A stretch of 59,205 nucleotides of DNA, counting the filler, from Jimgerdemannia flammicorona (lineage: Eukaryota), in NCBI GenBank assembly GCA_003990765.1. It is 2 parts of 2 records of this genome, joined end to end, with 100 filler letters (N's around TTAATTAATTAA, not from the genome) between each part and the next. Parts side by side here need not be neighbours in the genome. Positions count along the whole stretch, not along the records: positions 1 to 29,553 come from RBNJ01000488.1; 1 more part is not named here. The stretch is one strand, 5' to 3'. Under the pieces are notes generated by a model. That model ran no database searches and was not told where the DNA came from. It worked only from the letters and a program-made list of their open reading frames with translations. Below are positions 12,286 through 24,173 of the stretch, one piece after another. How positions within the stretch are numbered: position 1 is the first letter of the stretch; each line of letters begins with the position of its first letter. The position numbers and the translations under genes are program-made.

Positions 12286-12570
12286 TAGTGCTCCCGTCTT
12301 TAACCCAACCCGGAATTTATGTCACCCGTCTTTAACCCGACCTGGATATATACATCACCTGTACCTAGAAATATATGTCACCCATCTTTAACCTGACCCA
12401 GAATTATACATCACCCATCTTTAATCTGACCTGGAAATGTATGTCACACATCTTTAACCTAATTTGTTATTTACCCTTAACCCAATCCTGAACCTGATCC
12501 CTGAACCTGACCCTGAACCCAACCCTTGAACCCAACCCTGAACTCAACCCTCTGAACTCTGCCCTAAAAA
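12286..12570. repeat. Probable DNA-transposon terminus (hAT-like TAGTGCTCC start) with ~33-bp and ~12-13-bp subterminal repeats
   Basis: Repeated units ccrtctttaaccygacctggaa...rtcac, then ccctgaacc(c/t) units. The start resembles the MITE TIR at 26664/26990 and marks the sharp onset of CpG depletion. No partner end found. Confidence 0.5.
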
Positions 12571-14110
12571 AATAATTTGGATAATATTTGGATAATATTC
12601 AGAGCAATTAGAAGTAAAGACTACTAAGAATCCAAATATATATATATATAAATTATATTTATACATAAGCTATTTTAATATTTAATTATAGCTCACTAGT
12701 AATAGAAAAAATACATTCAGATAGAACAGATGTCACTGAAATAATAAGATAATCAAGAGCCATTCATAAAAGATTAGAATAAACTGACTGATTTTATCAC
12801 TACTAATCCAGTATATCTATATGAAAATCAGCTAGATTCTCTAACAAATAACTAAAATAGAGAAATATAAGTAAAAATTAACCAAGTCAATCAAAACACA
12901 TAACAATACTACCCACTATTTAAGCTTATTATCTATATTGATATGTTATTTCTTTTTATATATTGAGTTGATAAAATCATTAGTATTATGAGATATTGAG
13001 GGTATAATAATAGTATTAACAGACTTATACTTTTTTTTTCCAGATATATTCTATTGATTCTTCCATTTATTAATTAAGAATTGTTTTTCATTACATAATA
13101 GAAATAATGCATATTGATATATAGATCTAAAGCCAAAGCTATAGTGTATAATGCTGTCATCTTGCAGTAATACTTTAGAAGTTATATATATATTCTTAGT
13201 AGTAGTAAGTATTGTCTATAAAAAAATAAAAAATAAATTGAAATATAACTATGATAAGTAGTAGAATTGTACTGCTGAAATCATAAATTAGCTATATACT
13301 ATATTTAGTATACTAGGCAACCAAGACTGCTTTACTGTACCAATCTGTATAATTAGCTAAAAATACCAGAAATAGTATATTTATTTATTTCTGAACCAGT
13401 ATACCATACTAGTCTAATATACCATATTAGTTCAGAAATACTATACTAGTCCAGTATACTATACTATTTCAGGAATACTTACTCTAGATAGTCATCTATA
13501 ATTAGTTATATAATAATCAGATAGCAATTATAACTATATAAAATACCCCAGAGATAAGAGTAAATAAACCTTAATCTAAAATTAAATCTAAAGCAATAGC
13601 TTTCTTTCCACCCTGGTCCACTTTCTGATATAAAGATTAATTGATATGCTTGCTAGATAAGCTTGAAGAATTTGAGTAAATTTACTACTTAAAGAAGAGC
13701 TACTATTTTCAAAAAGTCCATTATCTTATCATAAAGCCAGTCTTTTAATATAACATTATAGTAAACTTATTTATACAAATGAAGCCAGTCTTTAATGTAA
13801 CTTTACTAAGAGAAGAGAATCTGAGTTATTGCCCAGAGAAGTCTACTGATTCAGAAAGAATCTATACCATCTACTATTCTTAGAGTGTCTGATTCTTATC
13901 ACCAAGTTAGTTAATCTGATGTAACTTTATAGTGAAACCAGTCTATCTTATAACTCCATACAAACAAAGCCAGTCTTTGATGTAACTTACCAAGAATTCA
14001 TATCATCCAAGTTATTTCTCAGAAGCCTGCTGATTTAGAAAGAATTCATATTATCAATCAATTTGAGTTTTTTTTTATAAAACTGAGTTATTCAAGTTAT
14101 CCAACTATAT

Positions 14111-15377
14111 TGTAATATGCCTGGCTCAATAGAGACAAATTACAAGATAGGGGGTTGGTGTAGTTTGGCTTGAGCCCTTAGTTACTTTGTCAAAAAGTAA
14201 TAAAATGTTCTGAGATTTCTGAGATTCTTGGTGTTTAGTGGTATAATAGTCAAAAGCTGGATATTTGTAAGCAATTTATATATTGATTTCCTTATTGAGA
14301 TAGTTCTCTGGGTGTAGCAGCAATTTGTGAATAGGTTTCCTTCTTGGATCAACTGAAAATTGGTAGAATTTCATATATATATAGTATGATGATCTTTGTA
14401 TATGATGTCTGATAATTTAGCAGTTCTTCTTCTTGAGTGACAGTCTCTAAAAGTATGCAATTTCTGGCTGTAGCAATCTTATATAGCATGGTGATCTCCA
14501 AAAGTATACAGTTTCTAGGTAATGATCTCTATATAGTATAGTAGTTTCCTAAAACAGCAGCTTACTGGGAATTATACTGGTAGCAGATAACTTGATAACT
14601 CAGACTCACTGGAAACAATGAATAACTCAGATGTTGCAGATAATTCTGAAAACTCAGGTAACTCAGATATCACAGATTCTTTCTGAATCATCAGGCTTTT
14701 GGAAATATTACTTGGAAATGGTAGTTTCAACTAGGAAAGGGTCTCTTGGTGAAGTTACATTAAAGACTAGCTTCATTTGTATAATGGATCACTATAAAGT
14801 TATATCAGAAACTGGCTTGAGCAAGGTGGCTTTCTCTTAGACTTTCTGAGAATATAGATAACTTGGAAACAATAGTAAAGTCCTTTACTTGAACTTGGCG
14901 GCAAACTCAGATTCTTCAGGCTTATCTGGCAAGCAAACCAAAAATATAACAAACTCTTCTTTGTATCAGAAAGTGGACCAGAGTAGAGAAATAAGCTCAC
15001 AATCTCCTAGCAGTAGCTGTAAAGTTCCTCTCAAAGTGTGGTAGGCAGACTTGTCTTTTGCTTCAATTTTGGACTGAGATTTATTCACTCTTATCTCTGG
15101 GGTATTTTATATAGTTGTGGTTACTACCTGGTTGCTATGTTGCTAACTATAGATTGCTAACTATGACAAATGTTTCTTGAGGGTACAGTGTACCTTGAGG
15201 GTACAGTGTATCTTAAGGATATAGTATACCTGAAGAATATAGGTAAACATACTGTTTCTGGTATCTCTGGCTAAATATACAGATTGGTACAGTAAAGCAG
15301 TCTTGGTTGCTTAGTGCACTAGATATAGTATGTGGCTAATTTATAATTTTGGTAGTACAATTTTGTTGCTCATCACA
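14111..15377 (-). repeat. 3' LTR of the nested gypsy element
   Basis: TGTAAT...TCACA on the + strand; direct repeat of 22911-24173. Confidence 0.92.
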
Positions 15378-15417
15378 TCAGCTCCTACTAATATATAGTA
15401 TATCCTCAGACAATTCT

Positions 15418-15920
15418 TTAGTCATCATTCCAATGTACATAAGCATCTTCAGCATCAATACCTGAACCAGTGTCTTCATTTAGATCAGAGTCACTCTACT
15501 TAACAGATTCTTCTTCTTCCTCTGAGAACAGAATTTTGATATGGTTGATGATACTCCAGTAGATAGCAGGATTCATGTTTTGAATGTCATTTAGCAGAAA
15601 TTGTACTTGTGCCAATGCTGGGATATTCTATTTGTAGATTTCATATAATCTGTCTGCAGCAGTAGTGTTTTTTTGAGTGAGGTCAGTGGAGTTTCTGATA
15701 TAGATCAGGTCTGCTACTGAGAGGTTCTGCAACTGTTCTCCAATTGCATAGTAGGCCTGCAGCTGGTGAACTTGTAGTAAATATCTGGCCAAGATAAGGT
15801 TCTCTTGATGGGTCTTGATTCACTGAAGGGGGTTTCCATTGAAATTGTAGAAGAGAAACTGGGAGTAATTGAAATGAACTCAGAACAAGGATCTAGAGAT
15901 ACTGGTCAATTGTCTGATTT
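15418..15920 (-). pseudogene. Decayed extra ORF (ORF3, ~165 codons, acidic C-terminus) between integrase and the 3' LTR
   Basis: One frame reads ...ENLILARYLLQVHQLQAYYAIGEQLQNL...AADRLYEIYK*NIPALAQV...EEEEESVKSSDSDLNEDTGSGIDAEDAYVHWNDD* with only a few stops. Confidence 0.55.
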
Positions 15921-18350
15921 ATGATAGAAGAGGTATATCTTGAGGTGATTGATATGTACTGGTGTCCAGAGGGTCCATCCATCTATGCTTCTTAAGTAGA
16001 TGCTAATTCGTCAGATGTTATATATAAGATAAGGTCCTCTATTTGGGCTCCAGTTTGGCAGCAAAATTTGTTTCAATCATGCTTCTCCAAACTAGTACTT
16101 GATCTCCAAACTTGATCTCCTGATCCTTCTATTTCTGATTATAATACTTCTTTTGTCTTTCTTGGGCTTTGATAATCTGACCTTGGGCTTGATTATATAA
16201 CTGTTCTGCCTTCTTAAGAAGGTCTCTGAGATTCTCATGGTCAGTAGTTCTGGTTTTCTTGGTAAATATCATTTCAAATGGCTTTTGTTTGGTGGAGGCA
16301 GCAGGGGTATTCTGAATCTCCCATAGGATCTCAGATAAGCAGAGGTTCCAATTGGTAGGATTGACTTGGGCAAGTTCTTTCTTGATGGTCTGGTTCATTC
16401 TTTCTATTATACTATTAGTCTGAGAGTGATATGATGTAGTCTATTTGATGTGGATCTTGTGAATTCAGGCATAACTTGTGATTATGTTATTAATAAATTC
16501 TGTGTCTCAGTCAGAGATAAGTTCTTCTGGGGGTCTATATCTGAGTGTGAGTCTATAGAGAAGGTCTACAATAGTTAAGACATCTGTGATTTCTATTGGA
16601 AAAGCCTTGGGCCACTTAGTCAGATGTTCTACAAATATAAGAATGTATTTGTTTCTTCTTAATGTAACTGGTAGGGGTCCAATTACATCTACTCTCCATC
16701 TCTAAAAGATGTTGTGATTGATTGCAGTAGTGCTTGATAATTCTTCCTTCCTTGGTACTTCTGGCAGGTATCACATTTCTTGAGTATATTGCAGACTTGT
16801 GTTCTGAGATTGGGCCAATATTGGTATGTTGTTCATAACTTTTCTTCTATGTTTGCTTATCCTTGGTGGGCTTTCTGGTATTCCTTTCAAATGAGATCTT
16901 CTTGTGCCTTGATGGTCTAAGGAGCTTCTTTTAGAGTATAGTTCCTTAGGACATCCTTTTTCAGATTCATTGGGACTGGCAAGAAAGTACATCAACATTA
17001 TTGTGAGCTTTCCCTACTTTGTGGATGATAGTGATTTTGTAATCCTGAAGGATAAGGATCCAGTAGGCCAGGATTCTGATAGGTTTCTTATAGTTAAATA
17101 GCTATTTGAGGGCTACATGATCTGTAATTAGGGTGAATCTTTTTCTGATGAGGTAATGCTTGAACAGGGTGACCACCCATATGACTGCAAGGTATTCCAA
17201 TTTGGTACTACCATAATTCATCTGCTGCTAATTGGTAGCTCTGCTTGTATAAGCTATTACATGGTATTGTTAATCTGATCCTTCTTAGGCTAGAACTGCT
17301 CCAAGGCCATCTTTGGAAGTATCTGTATATAAGATGAATGGCTTCTGTAGATTGGGGTGTACAAGGATTGGTACTGTAGTCATGTGGTTCTTGAGTTCTT
17401 TGAAGGCTTTCTCTTGTGATTGTGTCTATTTGAATAGTACTTCTTTCTTGAGAAGGACTCAGATTGGGGCAGTAATTTGGGCAAAGTCCTTGATAAACCT
17501 TCTGTAGTAGGATACTAGCATCAGGAATGATAATGTTTTCTTTGAGGTCTTGGGTACTGGCCAATTGTTGATCTTCTCAGTTTTCTTAGGGTCTGCATGA
17601 GTTCTTTCTTTTGAAACTATGAATCTAAAGAATTCAAGTTTTTGTTTCTCAAAGTAGCATTTCTTTGTATTGAGTCTCAGATGGTTCTTATAGGTGAGCT
17701 TGAAGAATTCCTCTAGGTAGTATAGATATTCTTCAAAATTTGCTAAATAGATATTGGAATCATCCATATATACAATCAGACAGTAGTGGATTAAGGGGGC
17801 ATAGACTGAATTCATCATCCTCTGAAAGGTGGGGGGGGGGTACATTGCAAAGTTCAAAGGATATTCAGAGGTATTCAAACAGTTTTCCTAGGATAAGGAA
17901 GGCTATCATTTGAATGTCTTTAGAGTTTATAGGGATCTTATGGAATTCTGCAAAAAGGTCCATACTGCTGAAGTATCTGGCATCTTGTAGTTGATCCAAG
18001 AGGTCATCAATTCTGGACAAAGGATAGACATCCTTTTTGGTGACTGAATTGAGTTTCCTGTAATCTACACAAAGTCTCCATCCTCCTTTCTTTGGTACAA
18101 TAAGTATAGGGCTGGCCCAGGGGCTGGTAGAGGGTCAGATAACTCCATTGTCTAAGAGTTCTTGAATGTGCTCCTTTTCAAATGTTTTTAAGTGATGGGA
18201 TATTCTATAGAGTTTCTGCCAGATGAGTGTTGCATTTCCTATATTTATACTATGGTGATATAATGGATTGTATGGCAGGTTGCCATAATCAGTAGTGAAG
18301 ATATCTTGATATTTATTGAGGAGTTTTATTAGTTGTTATTGTTGCTGGGG
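15906..18350 (-). pseudogene. pol: pol RT-RNase H-integrase region with stops and frameshifts
   Basis: RT (LCVDYRKLN, YMDD), RNase H (PFILYTDTS, ITDH), integrase core and GPY motif. Confidence 0.95.
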
Positions 18351-18798
18351 TATCAATTCTTCTCCAATGTTGGTGGAAGGCTTCACTGTCTCCTGGGTCG
18401 CAGAGGGGTCTTTTCTTTCTTCTGAGACCTTTTGCCATTTCCTGATAAGTTTAGTTCATAAACTTCTCTATGAGTTCAGTTGAGAAAAGGCACCAGATAC
18501 CCTATGATGGTTTCTTTCAGCAAGATGATGGTTTCCCAACTTTGGTTGGTTGCTCAGGAGTATACTGGATTCATCTTATCAGGGAATATGTGTCCCTCTA
18601 TATTCAGGTGTGGGATATCTTTCTTGGGTTCAAAGAAAAGGTTTCTGGGGTCAGGTGGTGCAAAGATTTCGAAGGTGGTTTGTTCTCCAGGCTCTAGGAT
18701 GAGATTCTTGTGTAGTTTGACTGGTTGGCAGTATACTTGCTAGGGGACATTTCTTTTGAGGTGATTGACATGAAGGAGATGTACTTTCTTCTTATCTA

Positions 18799-19200
18799 AA
18801 CTTCCAAATCCTTTGGCTTGTCTTGTTCCTTCAGTCAGTTCAGAGACTTCTTGTAATTGTGGGGTCTTGACCTTCTTGAAGACTGCTTGGGCAATCTTCT
18901 GTTCTCTAATAATTCTATGTCATTCTATACTACTATTATATAGGATGACCTTGATTTCACCTATATATTCTGGGTCAATAGTTTCTCCTTCTATAGTTAT
19001 TTCTTGTCTGGCAAGTCCAGATCTTGAGGTCAGTTGAATGTAAGCTCCCTGGGGTGGCTATATAGCTAGTCCAGTTCTGATTATGAATGTTTTTCCAGGC
19101 TTGATAGATTCATTCTCTAGACTGTGAAGATCATATCTTACATCTTCTAAGTGTGCTTTGGTTGGGGGTTTGGCCTTGGGATGTAGCAGGACATACTGGG
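18799..19200 (-). pseudogene. dut: Retroelement-borne trimeric dUTPase domain
   Basis: All five motifs in order: (V)RYDL, SRSGLA, ETIDPEYIGEIKV, KIAQ, RQAKGFGS. The + strand copy reads GTIDPGYTGKIK. Confidence 0.9.
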
Positions 19201-21449
19201 CAATATCCTTACTAAGTTCAGGCTGTTCTTGAGCTAAGGCTCCACTAGCAGAGAGCCTTCAGGCTCTGAGGTTGAGGTGTGGCCATCTGACTCCAGTGGA
19301 GGAGTCTTGGAGATAGTTGATTTCTCTTCTTCCTGTTGGGTCTAGGGCTTCCATGAAGTTGGTGGCATCTTCTATCTATTCTTGGCAGGTTATATATCTG
19401 ATAAGAGCTAGAATGTCTTCTCCTAAATCATAGATCTTGAGGGTCCTTCTTTCTGGCTTCTTGGTCTGGCTTTTTTGAATCTGGCTTCTATTATCTCCTT
19501 TCTTCAAGATGTGGATTGCAATATTATAGCTGAGGTGAATTTTCTGATATCTGCAGTCTTGGCAATCTGAGTGTCTTCTATAATTATAATATTCCATTGC
19601 TCTGAAATAATGTTCCTGGTTGTTAATTTCTTGTTGTCTCAGGAATCAGTATCCATCTTGGTCATAAGTTGGGGGAAGGGTTGATAAGAGATATATTTCT
19701 GTTCAGGTGAAGAAGCCTTGTACTCTAAATTGACTTTGTAACCTTGTGGTAACTTCCTGAAAGGTAGTTGACTGTGTAACTGTAGTTGGGGGTTCTGGTC
19801 TTTGGGGTCACTATCTCTTCTGCTGGTCTAGTAGATAACACTGATAGCAGTAGTCTTGATGGGAGTAGAAGATCATTTGATATGAACATCTTTCTAGCCG
19901 AAATGCTCTCTCTTGGTGAGTTTCTTTCTTGAGAATAATGAGGATTGTGCTGGGTCCTTCTTCTATATTCCAAGAGTCATTGTCTTCAGGTGGTATTCAG
20001 TGAGAGTCATCCCAGAAAATGAGTTTGGAGACCTCTTCTTCTTTAGATACTTCTTGTTCAGGAACTTCTTGATTAGGAGCTTCTTCTTTCTCAGATGATT
20101 CTTAACTCCAAATTGCTTGTACTTCTGCAGCTTTGGTTGCAGGTGTTTCTGAAACATGTCTGCATTTCTTCTTCTTCCTTCTACACTCTGGGCAGGCTGT
20201 GCCAGGCGAATTCCTTGTCCCAATGATCTTGGAGGAGTGCTCAGGGTACTTGTATCTCTTGAGGTAGATGGGGCATCTTTTGATCTCTCCTGTAATGGCT
20301 CCAATGGTAATGGAGACAGTGTTCTTGGCCCATACATTATCTTCTGGTCTGTCATCTATCAGGTTAATTCAGAGATTGAGTCAGGGATTGTTTCCATCTT
20401 CAGATTCTTCTTCTTCTTCTATAGTAGATTCTTCACTACTGGCATATTCTTCCTAGATAGTAACCTTCTTCTTCTTCTTTGATTACTTGTAGCTGGTCAC
20501 CTTAACTCTGTACTTCTTGCCTTAGTAGTCAAACTTGAGTACTTGTTGACTGATATCAACAACTGCATTCATTTCTTTCATCCAGTTGGTGCCAAGGATC
20601 ATATCATAGGTGATAGCTTTGGTAATAATAGCTTTTGGGATAGAGAACTAAATGTGTCCAAGAGAGATAGTGATGTTTCATACTTCCCCAGGGAATTGAG
20701 TTCAGGCTCCATCTGCTACTATAATACTGAGGTTGGATGGTCCATCAATGGGCCATTGGAGGGTGTCCAGGAATCATTTAGCAATAACACAGACAGCTGC
20801 TCCTGTATCTATGAGGATTTTTGCCTTTTGTCCTCCAATGTCTTCATGTAAGTAGGTGCTAACATATCTCTCTGCAGCCTGGATAGATGTGGAGGTGGGC
20901 TCTTGCTGTGGGATTGGAACCTGGCTAGTGCTAGATCTGGTAGTTCTTAGCAGTTTGTTTCAGACTCCAGCTGGTGTTAGTTGTAGGAACTGCAGGAGAG
21001 AGACTTCCATCTTAGCTTCTTAAATCTTCTGCCAGACTTCATTGTAGGTATCTCTGAGCATAGTCTTCAGGGTGTACTTCTTCTTGGGCTTTGGGGCAGC
21101 AGGTTTCCATTCCTCTTGTTTCATTTCTTCATCTTCTGGTGGTAGCTCATTTGTCTCAGAGACAAAAGGTGAGGGGGTTTGAGAAGATGTTTCTATCTGC
21201 TCCTCTTCATGTTCTTCATCTTCTTCTTGGATGATTCTTCTGCTGATATTCCTGGATGGTCTTCCTATAGGTCTCTTCCTTTTTTCTGCTGGATAGATTG
21301 TTTTCTGAGTAGTAATCTTAATAGAATATAAGTCTAGGTCACTATAATCTTCACTGTTGCTTGCTTCCTCGAAATCTTCAATATGTTGGGCTTCAGTCTT
21401 CTTGTACTGAATATCATTTCTTTATGATGGTTCTGAGTCTCTTTGGTCA

Positions 21450-22700
21450 CTTCTTTTGATGTTATATTCAGTGGCATAGTATCCAAATTGTCCACAGTAG
21501 AAGCATTGGACTTGGGCTCTGTCTCAGATAGGATACCTTCTTTCCTCTTACTGGTAGCTTCTGTTATCTCTTGGTAGATAACTTTGGCACCTCTGGGGCA
21601 GGTATCCTCTATTGTCTTGATAACTCCAATTTTTACATATGGTGAGCTTTTCAATCTGCCCAACCAATTAGTCCAATTTAGAGCTAAGGTCTTGGATTTC
21701 ACTCCTATTCTTCTTTCCTTCCTTGGCTAGCCTTCTTTCTTCAGACCTTTCTTATCCTTGAAGGAGTCCTTATAGGGCTTTGACCAGGATGTCTTCTTTA
21801 TCTTCTCTCTTATTATAGTATAATTCCTTGTCTGATATCAAAGAATTCTTGGGCTGCATCTACTTACTCTTTAGATCTTCTAATGCCTAGGATATAGATA
21901 TACTGGGCAATGTTTGGGGGAATCCCATTCATGAAGGTCATTGGACCTATGATGTCCTGGTTGGTGGCATTGAACCCAATAAAATGCATTCTCTTCTAGA
22001 TTCTTGTGAAGAAGGCTCTGAGTGATTCTCTAAGATTCATTTTCATCCCTATGATGGATTCTTGAGCCTTGTGGTGGGTTTTATTTCCTGCTTACTTTTC
22101 AATAAGCCAGTGGACCATGGCCAAATATTCTAGCTCATAAGATGCTACTGCTTGTATCTGTCTTGTCAGTTCTGAATCTGAGTTATTGCTGTTTGGTGGA
22201 AAATTCCTCTAACTAGTTCTCTGAGCTAGATCTTGTAGATAGTGATTTTTCTTTCATCTGAGAGATTTCTCAAGGCTGCAATTCCTTCAATTCTATCAAG
22301 AAATACTCTGGGGTCTTTCTCTGAGTATCCTGCAAAGGTTGGCAATAAGGTGGCCATTTTGTCATCACTTTCTTCTGATTCTGATTCTGGTCTGGATTCT
22401 GATTCTGATTCACTTTCTGAGCTGTCACTAGAGATGAAGGTGCTTGGGTATCCTAAGGATAGTGTTCTGGATCTTGGATGAAGTAGAATAAGCCTAGGTA
22501 TTCTTATAGGAGCTATTTCCAATTCTGTAAAAGCTGGTGGTAAGGGTTCAATAGGTGAGATTGGTGAGACTGGTATGGAGTATCTGTCTGTAAGATGTTG
22601 GACTTGTGTAATGAGATCTTCTAGTTCTTATACAAGTTCTTCAAAATATCCAATAGACCTGTATTGTCTGGTTGATCTTGTTGGGATTTCAGGCTATACT
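21450..22700 (-). pseudogene. gag: gag (capsid and CCHC nucleocapsid), decayed
   Basis: PTFAGYSEKDPRVFLDRIE, ESLRAFFTRI and FMNGIPPNI capsid-like segments; zinc knuckle near 21470-21510. Start position approximate. Confidence 0.75.
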
Positions 22701-22890
22701 GGCTTCTGGTTCTGATTGGAAACCTTCTGATGCTGGGTAATTAGCAAGTCTTGATGTAATTACTTCTCTTTCTATCTAAATACTGGTGGTAACTAGTTCT
22801 TCTGTGGTGGCAGAGATTGGTGTTGTATCAAATATATCCAGTTTGACTATGGGTTCTTGTGAGCTAAAAAGTCACATTGATTTTGAAATC

Positions 22891-22908
22891 TTCCCAGTTG
22901 AGCCCCCA
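22891..22908 (-). promoter_or_regulatory. Primer-binding site, tRNA-Pro type
   Basis: Minus strand reads LTR-CA TT TGGGGGCTCAACTGGGAA, versus the classical tRNA-Pro PBS TGGGGGCTCGTCCGGGAT. Two of the mismatches are CpG decay. Confidence 0.7.
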
Positions 22909-22910
22909 AA

Positions 22911-24173
22911 TGTAATATACCTGGCTCAATAGAGACAAATTACAAGGTTGGGAGTTGGTGTAGTTTGGCTTGAACCCACAGTTACTTTGTTAAAAAGCAA
23001 CAAAATGTTCTGAGATTTCTGAGGTCCTTGGTATTTAGTAGTATAATGGTTAAAAGCTGGATATCTGTGAGCAATTTGTGTGTTGATTTCCTTATTGGGA
23101 TGGTTCTCTGAGTGTAGTAGTGATTTGTGAATAGTTTTCCTTCTTGGGTCAACTGGGAATTGATAGAATTTCATATGTAGTATGATGATCTTTGTGTGTA
23201 ACAGTCTGGCAATTTAGTGGTTCTCCTTCTTGAGTGACAGTCTCCAAAAGTATGCAATTTCTGACTGTGGTGATCTTGTATAGCATGGTGATCTCCAAAA
23301 GTATGCAGTTTCTGAATGATAATCTCTGTGTAGCACAGCAGTTTCCTAAAATGGCAGCTTACTGGGAATTATACTGGTGGCAGATAACTCAATAACTTGG
23401 ACTCACTGAGAACAATGAATAACTTAGATGTTGCAGATAATTCTGATAACTCAGGTAACTCAGATGTTACAGATTCTTTCTGAATCAGCAGGCTTCTGGG
23501 AATATTACTTGGAAATAGTGGTTTCAACTGAGAAAGGGTCTCTTGGTGAAGTTATATTAAAGACTGGCTTTGTTTGTATGACAGATCACTGTGAATTTGT
23601 ATCAGAAACTGGCTTGAGTAAGGCAGCTTTCTCTTCAGCTTTCTGGGAATGCAGATAACTTGGAAACAGCAGCAAAGTCCTTCACTTGAACTTGGTAGCA
23701 AACTTGGATTCTTCAGGCTTATCTAGCAAGTAAACCAAAATATAATAAACTCTTCTTTGTATCAGAAAGTGGACTGGAGTGAGAAAATAAGCTCACAATC
23801 TCCTAGTAGTGACTGTAGAGTTTCTCTTGAAGTGTGGTAGACAGACTTGTCTTTTGCTTCAATTTTGGACTAAGGTTTATTCACTCTTATCTCTGAGGTA
23901 TTTTATACAGTTGTGGTTACTACCTGGTTACTATGTTGCTAACTATAGATTGTTAACTATAGTAAGTATTTCTTAAGGGTATAGTGTACCTTGAGAGTAC
24001 AGTATATCTTGAGGATACAGTATACCTGGAGAGTATAGGTAAATATACTGTTTCTGATATCTCTGGCTAAATATATAGATTGGCATAGTAAAACAGTTTT
24101 GGTTGCTTAGTACACTAGATATAATATATAGCTAATTTATGATTTTGGTAGTACAATTCTATTGCTTGCTAGA
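22911..24173 (-). repeat. 5' LTR of the nested gypsy element
   Basis: Direct repeat of 14111-15377 with the PBS adjacent; the outer ~5 nt are degenerate. Confidence 0.9.

Larger units (their letters stand above)
14111..24173 (-). mobile_element. Full-length but decayed Ty3/gypsy LTR retrotransposon (gag-CCHC, PR, spacer, dUTPase, RT, RNase H, IN, extra ORF) nested in the host LTR
   Basis: Two ~1.26-kb direct LTRs. Motifs: knuckle CFYCGQFGYYATEY (~21490); ILIDTGAAV (~20810); PWASPILIVPKKGGWRLCVDYRKLN and YMDD (RT); YTDTS..GLGAVL and TDH (RNase H); VDVIGPLP, ERMNQT and GPY (IN). RT-RH-IN order. Confidence 0.95.

Noticed and set aside
12470..12570. CCCTGAA/CCCTAA-like repeats as a telomere
   Set aside because: Irregular, internal and continuous with transposon-like subterminal repeats.
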